From: Octopus bimaculoides
Taxonomy: Eukaryota
Direction of reading: 5' to 3'
Assembly: GCF_001194135.2 (NCBI RefSeq)
Contig: NC_068983.1
Location: 37,401,992 to 37,434,585 of the forward strand
Length of the DNA: 32,594 bases
Part shown: piece by piece, positions 21,520-32,594 of the stretch
Layout of the letters: each line of letters opens with the position of its first letter
How positions within the stretch are numbered: the stretch's first letter is position 1
Translations under genes and position numbers: made by a program
Notes under the pieces: model-generated
Databases searched by the model: none
What the model saw: the letters and a program-made list of their open reading frames with translations, nothing else
Told to the model about the DNA's origin: nothing

Positions 21520-21705
21520 TGTAATTCAAAGGGCCAGCCTTGTCTCATTGTGTCGCGCTGAATATCCCCGAGAATTGCGTTAAGGGTACACATGTCTGTC
21601 TAGTGCTCAGCCACTTGCATGTTAGTTTCACGAGCAGGCTGTTCCGTTGATCGGATCAACTGGAACCCTCGACGTCGTAAGCGGCAGAGTGACAACAACA
21701 ATAAT
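21520..21705 (+). mobile_element. SINE family D 3' tail (second tail type); head lost in the gap
   Basis: Aligns with 23535-23705 (gccagccttgtc...ttaagggt...gtgctcagccacttgca...gagcaggctg...atcaactggaaccct). Confidence 0.75.
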
Positions 21706-22128
21706 AGTAGACACTAGTGCAAGATAACATGCAGTAGAACTGAACTTGAAACCATGTGGTTGCAAAATGAGCTTCTTATCTACGCTGTTGTACCTGTGCC
21801 TTTCACTTTGTCATTATGAAGTTGTTGATTGGAACATAAATTGACATGAAATTTTGATGGAAGATTTTTTAATTTAGATGTCTTTAAAACAGGAAATTTG
21901 TATCATAGATCCAAGGGGTGGTCTCAAGTGGGTTGGTATTGCAAGGGTTAAATCAAACCCAGCACATAAAAATATTTGTAGGGAAAATATGCTACATATG
22001 TTTATCTTATTGCAATAAACATATGAATTATTTAACAGACTTGCAACAAACATAGTGTTAGTAAAAGCACTGTATTTGCTCAATGGTTAGAATATTGAAT
22101 GAAATGGTTAGTCCACATTACTCTGTAA

Positions 22129-22351
22129 GGATCAGAGGGCCAGTTTCCTTGTTTCTCTGGTGTATGTAGATTCTTCTCTGGACAAGATGCTGGCCTGTCA
22201 CAAGATTACTCATTCTTACCAGCTGAGTGAACTGGAGCAGTGTGAAATGAAGTGTTTTGCTCAAGAATACAATGCATCACCAAGACCAGGAATTGAAACC
22301 ACAATCTTACGATCATATGTCCAACATACTAACCACTAAGCTATGCACCTG
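22129..22351 (-). mobile_element. tRNA-derived SINE family D
   Basis: Reverse complement reads tagcttagtggttag...gtttcaattcctgg...ttcacactgctccagttcactcagctgg, as in 4658-4876. Confidence 0.8.
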
Positions 22352-23039
22352 CACTTGAAACGCTTTGCAGTATTTATTCCAGCATCTTGTGGTCTTAGTT
22401 CAAATCCTGCTGAGATCAATTTTGCCTTTTATCCTTCTAGAGTTGATGAATACCCATTGAAATAAGTGGACTAGTGAAGAAATTAGAAAACTGGGTGGGA
22501 GGTCTTGATCTCAGTATTCATTCTCTTGTCATATTTCTTCTGACTCTTTGTTTTCCAAGTTCTAATCCTGCTGTTGTCTAATTGACTGGTGGACTTAATC
22601 AGTTTAACCCCACCTCCTAGTCTTTGGAGGGTCTTTAGTTAAGTCCATCCTGTTGCAAGTATTGGGGTCATTTCTTTGGTTTTAGGATACCCTTCTTCCT
22701 TTGCACCAGTCTCAGGGTTCTATGAGGGGTCATGAGCACTGCCCACCCCTTGTGACTTTTTTTTATTTATTTCCAAGTGATAAAAAAAAATGTGACCTAG
22801 TAGAATGAAATATAGCTAATTGGTGTCATCATCATCATGCTTAGTTTCCATGCTGACATTGTTTGAATGATTTGATGAGTCAGAAAACTGAGTCATGTAC
22901 CAGTGTCTACTTTGACATGGTTTCTATGCTTGAATGCTCTTTGTAGTATCAGCCACTTTACAGTGTGTATTGGGTGCTTTTTATCTAGCATGAGCACTGG
23001 TAAATGATCACTTCATTACCTGCAAGGCTAACACCCTAA

Positions 23040-23965
23040 AGTGGCCCCTATAACTGAGGGAGAATAGAAGGAAGAGAGGGTGATGAGTCTAAGCAGAGGA
23101 TGAGAGATGGTAAAAAAAAAGAGGATGAAGGAATATAGCAGGGAACAAAGGAAAGAGAAAAGATTAGTGACAGGGTTGAGAAAACAGGAAGGATAGAGTT
23201 GTAAAGAGGATAGGATGAATTTTGTAAATGTGGTCTTGTGTTTTCCAACATTGCAATGGGTATGGACAGAACATGTGAAGGAAAGAGGATAAATAGGTAA
23301 TGATGGGGTAGGATGGAAAGAAATCCTGAGAGAGTTAGTGAGGGAAAGAGAAATGTGGGTGTTGTGATCAAATAAAATGTGGTTTGTATTGAGATTAAGT
23401 GGAAGAGTGAAGGCAGATGGCTTACAATCATAAACTTATGAGTTCCATTCCTGGTAGCACATTGTATTTGAATAAGACACTTTACTTCACATTGCTCCAG
23501 TCCACTCAGCTGCTAAAAATGAGTAGTGCTTCTATTTCAAAGAGCCAGCCCTGTCGCATTCTATGTCACACTGAATCTCCCTGGGAACAACATTAAGGGT
23601 CCGTGTGTCTGTGGAGTGCTCAGCCACTTGCACATTAATTTCATGAGCAGGCTGTGTCATTGGTCAGATCAACTGGAACCCTTGTCGTCATAACTGATGG
23701 AGTGCCAGTTAGGTGGAAGAGAGTAGAAATGCCATTTCTGTTCTGAGGTTCCTTCTGTTTAATGAAAGAATAAGAACTTGTTTAGGGTTGTCAAGTGCAG
23801 AGTGAAAGAGTGTAAAAACACCCTTTATGCTTTGTGGTAAGTTGTGTTTGAAAAGAGGGCATAACTGGTCAGGTGCTCAAACTATGTTCTGTTGAAATGA
23901 AACTGAAAAGCTAAGCGAATGGTTGTCTTGAGTGACTGGCTGAGTATTGGTTTCGGATTGGCTAA
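23040..23965 (-). mobile_element. Possible decayed Penelope-like ORF (N-terminus to RT start), interrupted by a SINE at 23412-23710
   Basis: Minus-strand fragments HMGFISQS, IRLAFQFHFN, ISIQTTFYL and SLSFVPCYIPSSSFFLPS resemble Penelope motifs (HISFI, QLSDTTFY, PxxPxFYxLPKIHK). Recognised from memory only. Confidence 0.3.
23412..23710 (+). mobile_element. SINE family D with second tail type
   Basis: Central ttcacattgctccagtccactcagctg as at 4768-4790; tail as at 21520-21705. Confidence 0.78.
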
Positions 23966-24216
23966 TAAAACCCATATGAAATAGTGAACTATTTAAATAT
24001 CACCTGTTGCAAGAGAAACTGTTACACATATAAAGATATACATAATTATGTATAGATGTGTGTGTGTGTGTTTGTTAGTGTGTGTCTGATTATGCTTGAA
24101 ATAAGTTGTAATTATGAGGAAATATCTGTAAGTTGGGATTGTATAATTTTTCCCTATACCACGCTTATGCATATACACACCTACACCTGTTGTACATCTA
24201 GTGTACTTCCATGCAC

Positions 24217-24239
24217 GCACGCACGCATGCACACACACG

Positions 24240-24291
<52 letters not shown>
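24217..24291. repeat. (CA)n microsatellite; also (TG)n 24056-24070 and (GA)n 24526-24552
   Basis: Seen directly. Confidence 0.97.
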
Positions 24292-24292
<1 letters not shown>

Positions 24293-25339
24293 TGTTTGTT
24301 AGGATAATGATCATAAAGTTATTCTGGGGGGAAAAAAACTAATGCAAACCAGCTGTTTGATAGACTAGACACAGTACAACAAATAAGAGCCAATAATTTG
24401 TTTAATATCAAGAAGTGTATGGTACACTTTTAGAATCTTTTTCTTATTTTGAGCAAAAGCTGGGGCAAATCAATAATTTAGTCCTTGATCTCTTCTCTGC
24501 ATTTTTGTATTTGTGTGTGTGTGTTAGAGAGAGAGAGAGAGAGAGAGAGAGAGTGCATGCATGTTTGTGTGAGTTTGTTTTGTTTTAACATTATTTTTCA
24601 GGGCAGGGATAATGGTTAAGTGGAGGAGGAAGATTAGGTGTTATGTGTTCAAATCTGTTGCTAACAGTTTGTTGGGTTGGAGAAACTTAAATTGCATTGT
24701 CTCAAGGTCTTCCTTACTGTCACCAGCAGGGACTAGGTTGTTGGAATGTTCTTCAGATAAAGCAGCGGGAAATGGTTAATACACTAATTGTTGTCTTTGA
24801 CTGCACATAAAATAAGGTCATTGATCACAATGTAAATAGAATATTGATGAAATATATAATTATTAGTCTAAGGTGACACAAACATTGACAAACTAGATGT
24901 AATAACTTTGGTGCTTTGAAGAATGTTTTTTTTTTATGGGTGATAAGAGTAAAAATCAAAGTTAATGAGATCACACGATCAGGAATAAACTATCAGGATT
25001 TTAAATTTCCTAAAGTAATTTTTAGATTTAGTACATCAGAGAAACATACTTTGTGTTTAGAGGTAAGCACCTTGCATTCAGTTGTATACAAAACAAGCTT
25101 TATGCATCAGCTGGCTTTGCTGTATCTATTATAGAGTTGTTAGTGTTGATTAGCCCTAAGTGAGACCTCATCAAGCAGACCTGTTTATGAAACACATTCC
25201 AGCTGTGACCATTCCATCTGCTAGATGGTATGCTATGATTTAAGGGAAATTTGGCTGCTACTTATAACAGATTGAGCAACAACGTAAAGGCTCCATTATA
25301 CTGGTTCCACTTAGCTCTCCCCACTCTCTCCACCACTAT

Positions 25340-26185
25340 TTATAGCTTCAGCAGATCTGCTTTTCGTGGTGGCAATTTCCCATACATACCCTATGTATTG
25401 AATCTTTCTAAGGACCTTCCCTCTCTGATGGTTCATTATGATCTAGACTGAGTATTAGCCACCTTCAGATTTATTCTCTATGTTGTTTTTCTTTGGATCT
25501 TATTTCTGCATCGACCACCTATATAGCTATTAATTCCATTAAGCCCCACCCACTTCAGATCCATCTTCTATCTTGATTTGCTATAGATCTGTTCTTTCTA
25601 TTGGCTCACTATAAATCTGTCTTCTCTGTCAATCATTTTAAAATCTGTTGTATGGTTGACCCACATTAGCTTTCCTCTGTGTTGGCCAACTTTAAAAAAT
25701 TTACTCTTTGAATTGACCCACTTATAATCTGTTCTCTGTGTTCATCTGTTTTTAATCTACTAAACGTGTTGATTTTCTTCTCATCTACACCCAGCTCATT
25801 TCTGTTATATCTCATTATCTACAGTTTGGGTTGGCCACTGTTATGTCTGCTCTGTTGTGGCAACCTTTAGGTCGCTGCTCTGTTTCTCACACTTTAGACT
25901 TGTTCATTCGCTGACTCCCACAACCTTTACTTAAACTTGCAATCGATCATCAACTCTTAGCCTGGAATTTCCTTTTAGATTTGTTATTTCAAATGCAGTA
26001 CACACACACACACACACACACAGTCAGTGGGTCTGCTATTAGGTCTGATATTTTTTCTGACCCATTTTAGATCTGTCTGTCATATGCTTTCCCAATAATT
26101 CTGCCCTTTCTGTTGGCTCTATACATCTGTTATCTATCTTGATCCTTTTCAGATCTGATCTCTGTCATAGCTACCATCTGCTCTC
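25340..26185. repeat. Decayed ~28-bp minisatellite (unit like AGATCTGTTCTTTCTATTGGCTCACTAT)
   Basis: Unit starts at 25439, 25467, 25495; 25557, 25585, 25613, 25641; and 26041, 26069, 26097 are each 28 bp apart. Confidence 0.75.
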
Positions 26186-26220
26186 TATTGCACCTGAGCA
26201 CTGTTTACAATAAACTCAAT

Positions 26221-26960
26221 TTCATCATCGTCATTATTATTATTATTATTATTATTATTGTTAGTAGTAGTAGTAGTAGTAGTAGTAGTATCATCATCAT
26301 CATCATCAAGGCAGTAAGCTGGCAGAATTGTTAGCATGTTGTAAAAAATGATTAGCAGCATTTCTTCTGGCTCTGTACATTCTGAGTTCAAATGCTACCG
26401 AGGTTGACTTTACCTTTCTTCGTTTTGGGGTCAATTAAGTAAGTTCCAGTTGAGTACTGGGGTCAATGTAATCGACTTACTCCACCCCTCAAAATTGCAT
26501 GTCTTGCACTTAAATTCAGAAGAATTATTATCGTTATTAAGGTAGCCATCTTAGCAGTCAAACAAAATGCTTTTCAGTTTTCTCCTGTCTCTTTATGTTC
26601 TGTGTTCAAATACCATTAAGATTAAGTTTGCCTTTTATTCTTTCAGGGTTGATAAAATAACTACCAGAAAATGTACTGGGGTCACTATAATCAAATTGCC
26701 CTCCTCCCTCTGGTCTCATACCAAAATTCAAAAGAATTATTATTATTATTATTATTATCATTATTAAAATTGGCAAGCCAGCAGGGCTCTCTGCATTCTG
26801 AGTGCTAGTGAAGTGCTGGGGTCAATGTAATCAACTAACAGTTTTTTGTTGTTTTTTTTTTTTAATATATATTGACTCCAAAAGGAAAAAAAAAAGGCAA
26901 AGTTGACTTTAACACAATTTGAACTCAGATTGCAGAGAGTCAGAATAAATTCTTCAATGC
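26221..26960. mobile_element. Cluster of family B SINEs (26305-26520 +, ~26540-26735 +, ~26770-26845 +, ~26880-26960 -) separated by ATT/AGT/ATC triplet tracts
   Basis: Repeated agctggcagaattgttagc, gagttcaaat, gggtc(aa/ga)taa...aagt..cag and ctggggtcaatgtaatc motifs. Confidence 0.8.
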
Positions 26961-27899
26961 ATTCTAACCAACACTCTAACAACGCTGTGAATTTACACAG
27001 TGTGTGTGTGAGGCATTTGCAAGTGCAACCTGGAACAAGAAAAGAACAATTCCCATGGATTTATTGCTTGCTGCTTAATATGTGTTATCAATATATATGT
27101 ATACAGGTCCATTACCAGTTTTCCAGCAACTGATCTCCTTTAATCTAAATAGATTACAAAGGGGAATTTGAAATTCCCCTGGCCATGAACCTAATTCATT
27201 GCTCAGCCAGAGGTGGCATTGTGTATACTGTGTGTTCACGTGCATTATTTACACAGAACTTGTTAGTGATAAAGCTGAAATTCTGAGAGATTCTCTGCTT
27301 GTTTAGCTTAAAGTTACCATAAGCTATGGCTACTGCAGGTGAGAGGAATGAGAGCATGACTTCTAGTGTCAATCATAAATACCAATTCATATCAATCCAA
27401 GATAATGTAAAACTGCTCATGGTACTTAAGAAGCATTGGAGATTTATAATTAATAAGTTAAAGGTGTGTCAATGAATTATTATTATGTGACCACAGATTG
27501 TCTGGCAAAATGGTTAATCTGTAAGGCTTTGGAACCAAAGGATACTATATATATATATATATATATATATCACCGGGGCATGAAGTCATATTTCTTCAAT
27601 CAAGTTAGCTTCAGCATGAATATACGTGGGTCACATATGGATGAAGTTAATGTATCTTCACTATATTTAATCTGGAAACAAATTTGAATTCCCTCCACAT
27701 ATCATCGTCATCATCATCATCAGTTTCATTTTAATGTCCTTGCTTGCATGGGAGACACTCAAAGTACTGTGTGCGTGTATGCAATCTGTATATATAAAAA
27801 AAAATCATACATTTATACTTCCATGTTAAAGATAGTGCTCTAGCATATCATGGTCTTTTCTGTGATAGCGAAAACAAACCACAGAGCTAAGGAGGACAT

Positions 27900-28035
27900 G
27901 TGCATATCAGTACAAAAACACACACATACATACACACACAAAGGCAGATGCTCGCATATCAATCATCATCATTATCATCATCAATGAACATTTATATACT
28001 CCATCATGCAACACATATAAAAGACAGACAAAAAC

Positions 28036-28069
<34 letters not shown>

Positions 28070-28131
28070 ATGTGTACTTGTTTCTATCATTAGACTGTGG
28101 CCATGCTGGGGCACTCCACATATATATATAG

Positions 28132-28166
<35 letters not shown>

Positions 28167-28370
28167 GGTGTGTAATGTATATATGTATATATATATATAT
28201 AGACAGATTTACATGATACATATGCACACACATACACACACACACATATGCACATACATGCGTATGTATTTACATGTGATGTATATATATGTACATATGA
28301 TGTATATAAATATATATAGATATGCATACATTTGTGTGTGTGCGTGTATTTTTATATACACCCACATATA
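27900..28370. repeat. (AT)n/(GT)n/(CA)n microsatellite cluster with a short reversed SINE fragment
   Basis: Seen directly; gactgtggccatgctggggcac at ~28093-28115. Confidence 0.9.
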
Positions 28371-28639
28371 GCATGTTCATATGTAAGCACCTGTATATCT
28401 CATCAAAATGTCTAAATTTAGACTATAAAAATAAGTTTCTTGTTAAATGAGAAGCAAAGACTACAGTTAGTCTTCTATACAACTGATTGCAGGTTATATT
28501 TTTATGTATTTGACTGTTTCTGTAGTATATTTGTCAGTCAGTCAGTCAGTCACCCTGTAAAATGTGAACATACATTTGCTCATACACGTGCATACATGAT
28601 AACATTTAGGAGATGCTTCGTCATTTTGATGCTGTTGTA

Positions 28640-28830
28640 GTGACTTCTTCTTTCTAGAGCAAATTATGAAAGTAACAGAAAGAGTTACAGCACAACTAAT
28701 TAGGAAGAAAATTAAATCAGATGAAATGAGAATAAGATGTAGTTCAGTACTGTACAAGGGCAAGATACTGTTGATGTCATTTTTTTTCTCGCAAGACAGC
28801 TACAGAAGTTCTTAGCTAAGAGTAAAACAA
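28640..28830 (+). mobile_element. RTE-clade LINE RT remnant
   Basis: Frames read EQIMKVTERVTAQLIRKKIKSDEM (from 28657) and DTVDVIFFLARQLQKFLAKSK, matching the RT segment MKxxERVI...DEMQFGF...TxDAIFxxRQLQEK. Confidence 0.72.
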
Positions 28831-29459
28831 TATAACTAAATAAGAGTTTTAGCTAATATTTGTAAACCTGAACAAGATCTTTGGGCAGAGTACCATGCTC
28901 TGTTGAATGGTTACTAATAACTGGTTGGTATTACACACATGTATGTGTGTGTGTTTCTGGGTGTGTCTGTGTAATGACAAAGATAGAAATGTCTCATAAA
29001 CATTGGAATTACTCTTTAATTATTTTTATCTTCAATCAGCATAACCTATTTTTATTTTATCTTTTACTTTTATAGCTATTTTTCCATTATTTTACTCTAT
29101 CATTATCATTTAGACAGTCAAACCTATGCTGGTATGGTCAGGGCAGTCTGAGTCAGTTCTTATTCAGACTTACAACTCTCTTAGATGGGTCAGAGGATGA
29201 CATCTTACTTGTATGTTCTATTTTTGTCATGGCTTCTACCACTGGATGTCCTTCCAAGCATCAGCCATTTTACAGAACATACTGAATATATTTTATTATA
29301 CCACCAACTTAGTAAGGTTATCATATCTTTGACATGACCAATGAATTCTCTGGTTCCTATATTTCCTCCACTCATTTACCAACCAACTTACACAGTGTAC
29401 TGAATGCATTTTAGCATTGCACCAGCACTTGTGAGGTTGCCTTGTGCTCAGTAACACTA

Positions 29460-30450
29460 AACGTTTCTTACTACTCTACTACTCCTGGTTATCTTTTTCC
29501 ATTTAAGGTGAGTCTTGTGTTATGGAAAGAGGTAGTTTTGGTGATTAACTTAGTGTGTGTAGTATAGAGTTGGATCAAAATGTAGAGGCTTTTTTTGCAG
29601 TGCGTTGCTTACAGAACCATCATAGTTGAGAAATGCGAGATAGGAAGATTCCATGAAGTTGATGGAGGTACCTGTATCAAAGAAGTAGCATTGGTTGTAG
29701 TTTAAGAGTAAAGAAAGCTTTCACACTATATGAACTACAGAATCATCTATCATTGACAAGATCAGGCGTGGGCAACCTTTTTCAAGAAGTGGGCCACACA
29801 AGACATGGCTCATCATTATGCGAACCACACTACTAAAAAAAGTTCAAGGTAATATTTCACTTAGGCATACCATTCATAAAGTCCTGTAGGATTATGATTG
29901 GTCTAGATAAAGGGCTTGCAGGAGATTCAGTTCTAGAGAAGAACCATCCAGTTTTTTGGAAGGGAGTGATTTTCTGCAAAGGCTGTGGGTCATGTTCTTC
30001 TTTGCTTCCACTGCTGTAGTACAGCTATGAGTAAACCACTTTGGCAACTTAGGGCTGTGGAGGTTGTGTGGAAGGACATACCTAAGATGATGGTTTCAAA
30101 CACTTTCCTAACTTTTTCTGGTAGTTCATGGGTCATGCATGTGTGCTGCCAAGGAGAGTTAGCAGAGTATGGGTGGAATTCCAATAAGTCAGCTCGCTTG
30201 AAATGCCATAGGATTCAGGATAGAGGGCTATTGCAGATTCTGTGGGTGTGTGGTGAGTGACTGTGATAAGACAGTGATTGTCAGAAGGACTGATAGGTAC
30301 AAAGTGATGGTTTGATAGGTATTGCTTTTGTCGATGATAAAGAGCATATAGTTGTCAGAGATGTTTATAGGTTATGGTTTGGTAATGATTGGGCTTGTAG
30401 GTGATAAAAGATGTCTGTGTGTCAGTTATAGACTTATATAAGTGGTGATT
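29460..30450 (-). mobile_element. APE-endonuclease-type LINE ORF2 relic (CR1/L2/Jockey group, clade unassigned), interrupted at ~29763-29862
   Basis: Ordered minus-strand fragments SPSDNHCLIT (APE C-terminal SDH motif), LWHFKRADLLEF, HSPKLPKWFTHSCTTAVEAKK and SINFMESSYLAFLNYDG follow the usual endonuclease-to-RT linker order. Confidence 0.6.
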
Positions 30451-31339
30451 GGTAAAGACTGGGTTCATAATTTGATAAACAGTACGTATATGTTGGTTAG
30501 GGATATATCAATGTGTTGAAACTAACTGATGTCACAAGGTAAAAATTGAAATGAGTGAAAGTCCCTGGAAATATGGATACAATATTGAACTACTTTTGTA
30601 CTGATTAAATGATACAACATCTGTCAATTAGAAACAACTTAATGGAAAATGATCAGAAATATGTCATGGTTAAGCTTTTAAAAGCAGCATATGCCTCAAA
30701 GATACATGTAAGTGATCATTAATACATGTAACTTATCATTAATACATACCCCCCCCCCCNNNNNNNNNNCACACACAGGTATGTGCATGTATATCTGTGT
30801 GTATGTTAGCAAAGGTTGACATTCCATGTTTTCACTTGACATTGTCTCAGTAAAACAAAGAAGTTATGTTTACGTTCACTGCTAACAATTTGTTTTGAAG
30901 TTCTGATCTTTCAAAAGACTAGTGGAATAAAGAAAATATTATTTACTTAAAGAATGTATAAGCATTGACACCAGGAAGAGCATCTGCCCATAATTAAACC
31001 ATTATTTTTTTTGCCAAAATAAACTGATACTTGGGCATGAAAATACCCTTCTCAAAATTAAATTAAATTCAATAATGACAAAACCTCCTATCTCTTCTGC
31101 TAAATAATTTTTTTGCCATTGTTTTCTTTCTCCCTGGCCAATATCTACAATTAGGAGATGATTGTATGTAAACTTACGTTGCTAGGTAGTGTAGAGTATC
31201 TGCTGTATGGGTTAGAGTATGGTATGTCCTGTGTTATCTGTACAATATTTGATTACTTTTTCTTTTTGCATTGTTTGTAATGTTTTCATGTTTTATTCTT
31301 GTTTTATTATTATTGATATCATTTTCACTTTCATACTTC

Positions 31340-31500
31340 ATCATTGTGTTAACATCCACTTTTCCATGCATGCCTGGGTCAAATGGATTTCACTGAAGCA
31401 CATTTTCTGTAGTTGAATGCCCTTCCTGTTGTTAACCCCGCCTGTTATTTCCACGCAAGATATTTCCTCATGGCTTGACATGTTTTCATAGAAGACTGGA
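31340..31500 (-). mobile_element. Degenerate SINE tail (family A/C shared 3' end)
   Basis: ttaacatccacttttccatgcatgc...gaatgcccttcctgttgttaacc matches 17330-17420. Confidence 0.7.
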
Positions 31501-32011
31501 AATAAAGGCCATTACTTGTATCACAGTGATACTTGCTTTTGATTATTTCCATTTCAAGATGTTTATTCTTTGACAGCCTTCCGGTTTTTTTTTTTTTTTT
31601 TTTACAGTTTAGTTTTGGCTGAAAGGGATCAATAAGTCAAACCAAACCGCACAAATTTTCATTTCTGTCTTTGATTATATTATCTGGGTTATTTGCTTTG
31701 ACTTCTTGGTCTCTAAGTATTGTAGTCTTGTCATTAACAAAGCACTGCATTTAGGCATACTTATTCCATTTATCCAATTTTCATGCTCGAGCATCAACAT
31801 ATTGCCCAACAAATATAATGTCTATGCAATCATATTTGTGAATATATCCTGTATTTCAAGAACTGAGCAGCTGGAAATGAGGTGGTTGATTCTTTTGATT
31901 ATGTAGCCCATGGCTAGAATATTCAACTTATGATCATAGATTCAATTCCTAGATTGATTGATGTATTGTATTCCTCAGCATAGCATTTCATTTCATTTTG
32001 CTGCAGTTTAC

Positions 32012-32149
32012 CCAGGTGAAAATGAGCACCAGCCATGTTCTTCTGCTCCCCTCTCTCTCCACCAGCTGGCACATCCTTAGTGTTCTGCTGAGCCAAAGGT
32101 TGGTGAGACTGAGAGGGCATCCATGTCTGCTCATGACTAGATAGGCCCC
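32012..32149 (-). CDS. Candidate 138-nt internal exon of an unidentified gene (GLSSHEQTWMPSQSHQPLAQQNTKDVPAGGERGEQKNMAGAHFHL)
   Basis: GC-richer non-repeat island. Minus-strand tttattactttAG acceptor, GTAAAC donor, length divisible by 3. Plus-strand splice signals overlap it. No homology recognised. Confidence 0.2.
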
Positions 32150-32371
32150 CTAAAGTAATAAACTGAATCACAATACATGTAACCAAGCTATACTCACTTG
32201 TTAGTGAAGGCCTTAATTTCTTTATTGTTTTTTTTTCATTTGATACTTGTGAGTTTTTTTGTTTTTTTTGTCTTGTTCTTGTTTTTGTTTGGCTAGACAT
32301 TGATCTTGTGCAGCTATAGCCTAAACTTTTATTTACTAAAGATTACCATGGTGATCATATCTGTAATCTAA

Positions 32372-32592
32372 CCCTTTAGTATTCAGATTATTCTCTCAAA
32401 TGTAATTCTTATTGCTTCATATTGTTTTGAATTAATCCAGCATTATCTTGGTACAGTGAGATTTTGATAATGTGAGAGTTTATTATTAAAATGACATTAT
32501 AGGGTAGGTTGGGAGAGGCCAGATCTGGCCAGTTTGAACATAAAACTCGTAGAATTATTTGGCTGGATATGGCTGGTTCAAATGTTAAAGGG
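32372..32592. mobile_element. piggyBac-type MITE, second copy
   Basis: ccctttagtatt 32372-32383 ... aatgttaaaggg 32581-32592. Left flank CTAA. Interior gagaggccagatct...ctggatatgg is the reverse complement of 18865-18930. Confidence 0.72.
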
Positions 32593-32594
32593 CT

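Noticed and set aside
25340-26185. CRISPR-like array
   Set aside because: Units are contiguous and degenerate with no unique spacers, there are no cas genes, and the context is eukaryotic.

Overview
AT-rich, repeat-dense eukaryotic draft-scaffold sequence with nine N gaps. The SINE families, microsatellite load and LINE types point to an octopus (coleoid cephalopod) genome; this is inferred from recognising repeat families from memory, not from a search. I cannot name any host protein-coding gene. Nearly all ORFs in the six-frame track are N-gap, microsatellite or SINE artefacts. The one clear protein-coding remnant is a decayed R4/Dong-type non-LTR retrotransposon reverse transcriptase on the minus strand (13545-15310) that abuts a (TAA)n tract. 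The rest comprises at least four tRNA-derived SINE families, several older RTE and APE-type LINE relics, Penelope-like terminal repeats, a Helentron-type non-autonomous element with a duplicated 3' end, two piggyBac-type MITEs, a ~310 bp imperfect inverted repeat, a decayed 28-bp minisatellite and many simple repeats. One Penelope-like repeat carries a minimal hammerhead-ribozyme-like motif with a non-canonical core. Several short splice-signal-bounded candidate exons occur on both strands, but none can be confirmed. No CRISPR array, rRNA or true tRNA is present. I found no clearly new biological system; the variant hammerhead, the long hairpin and the density of inverted repeats are the best leads.
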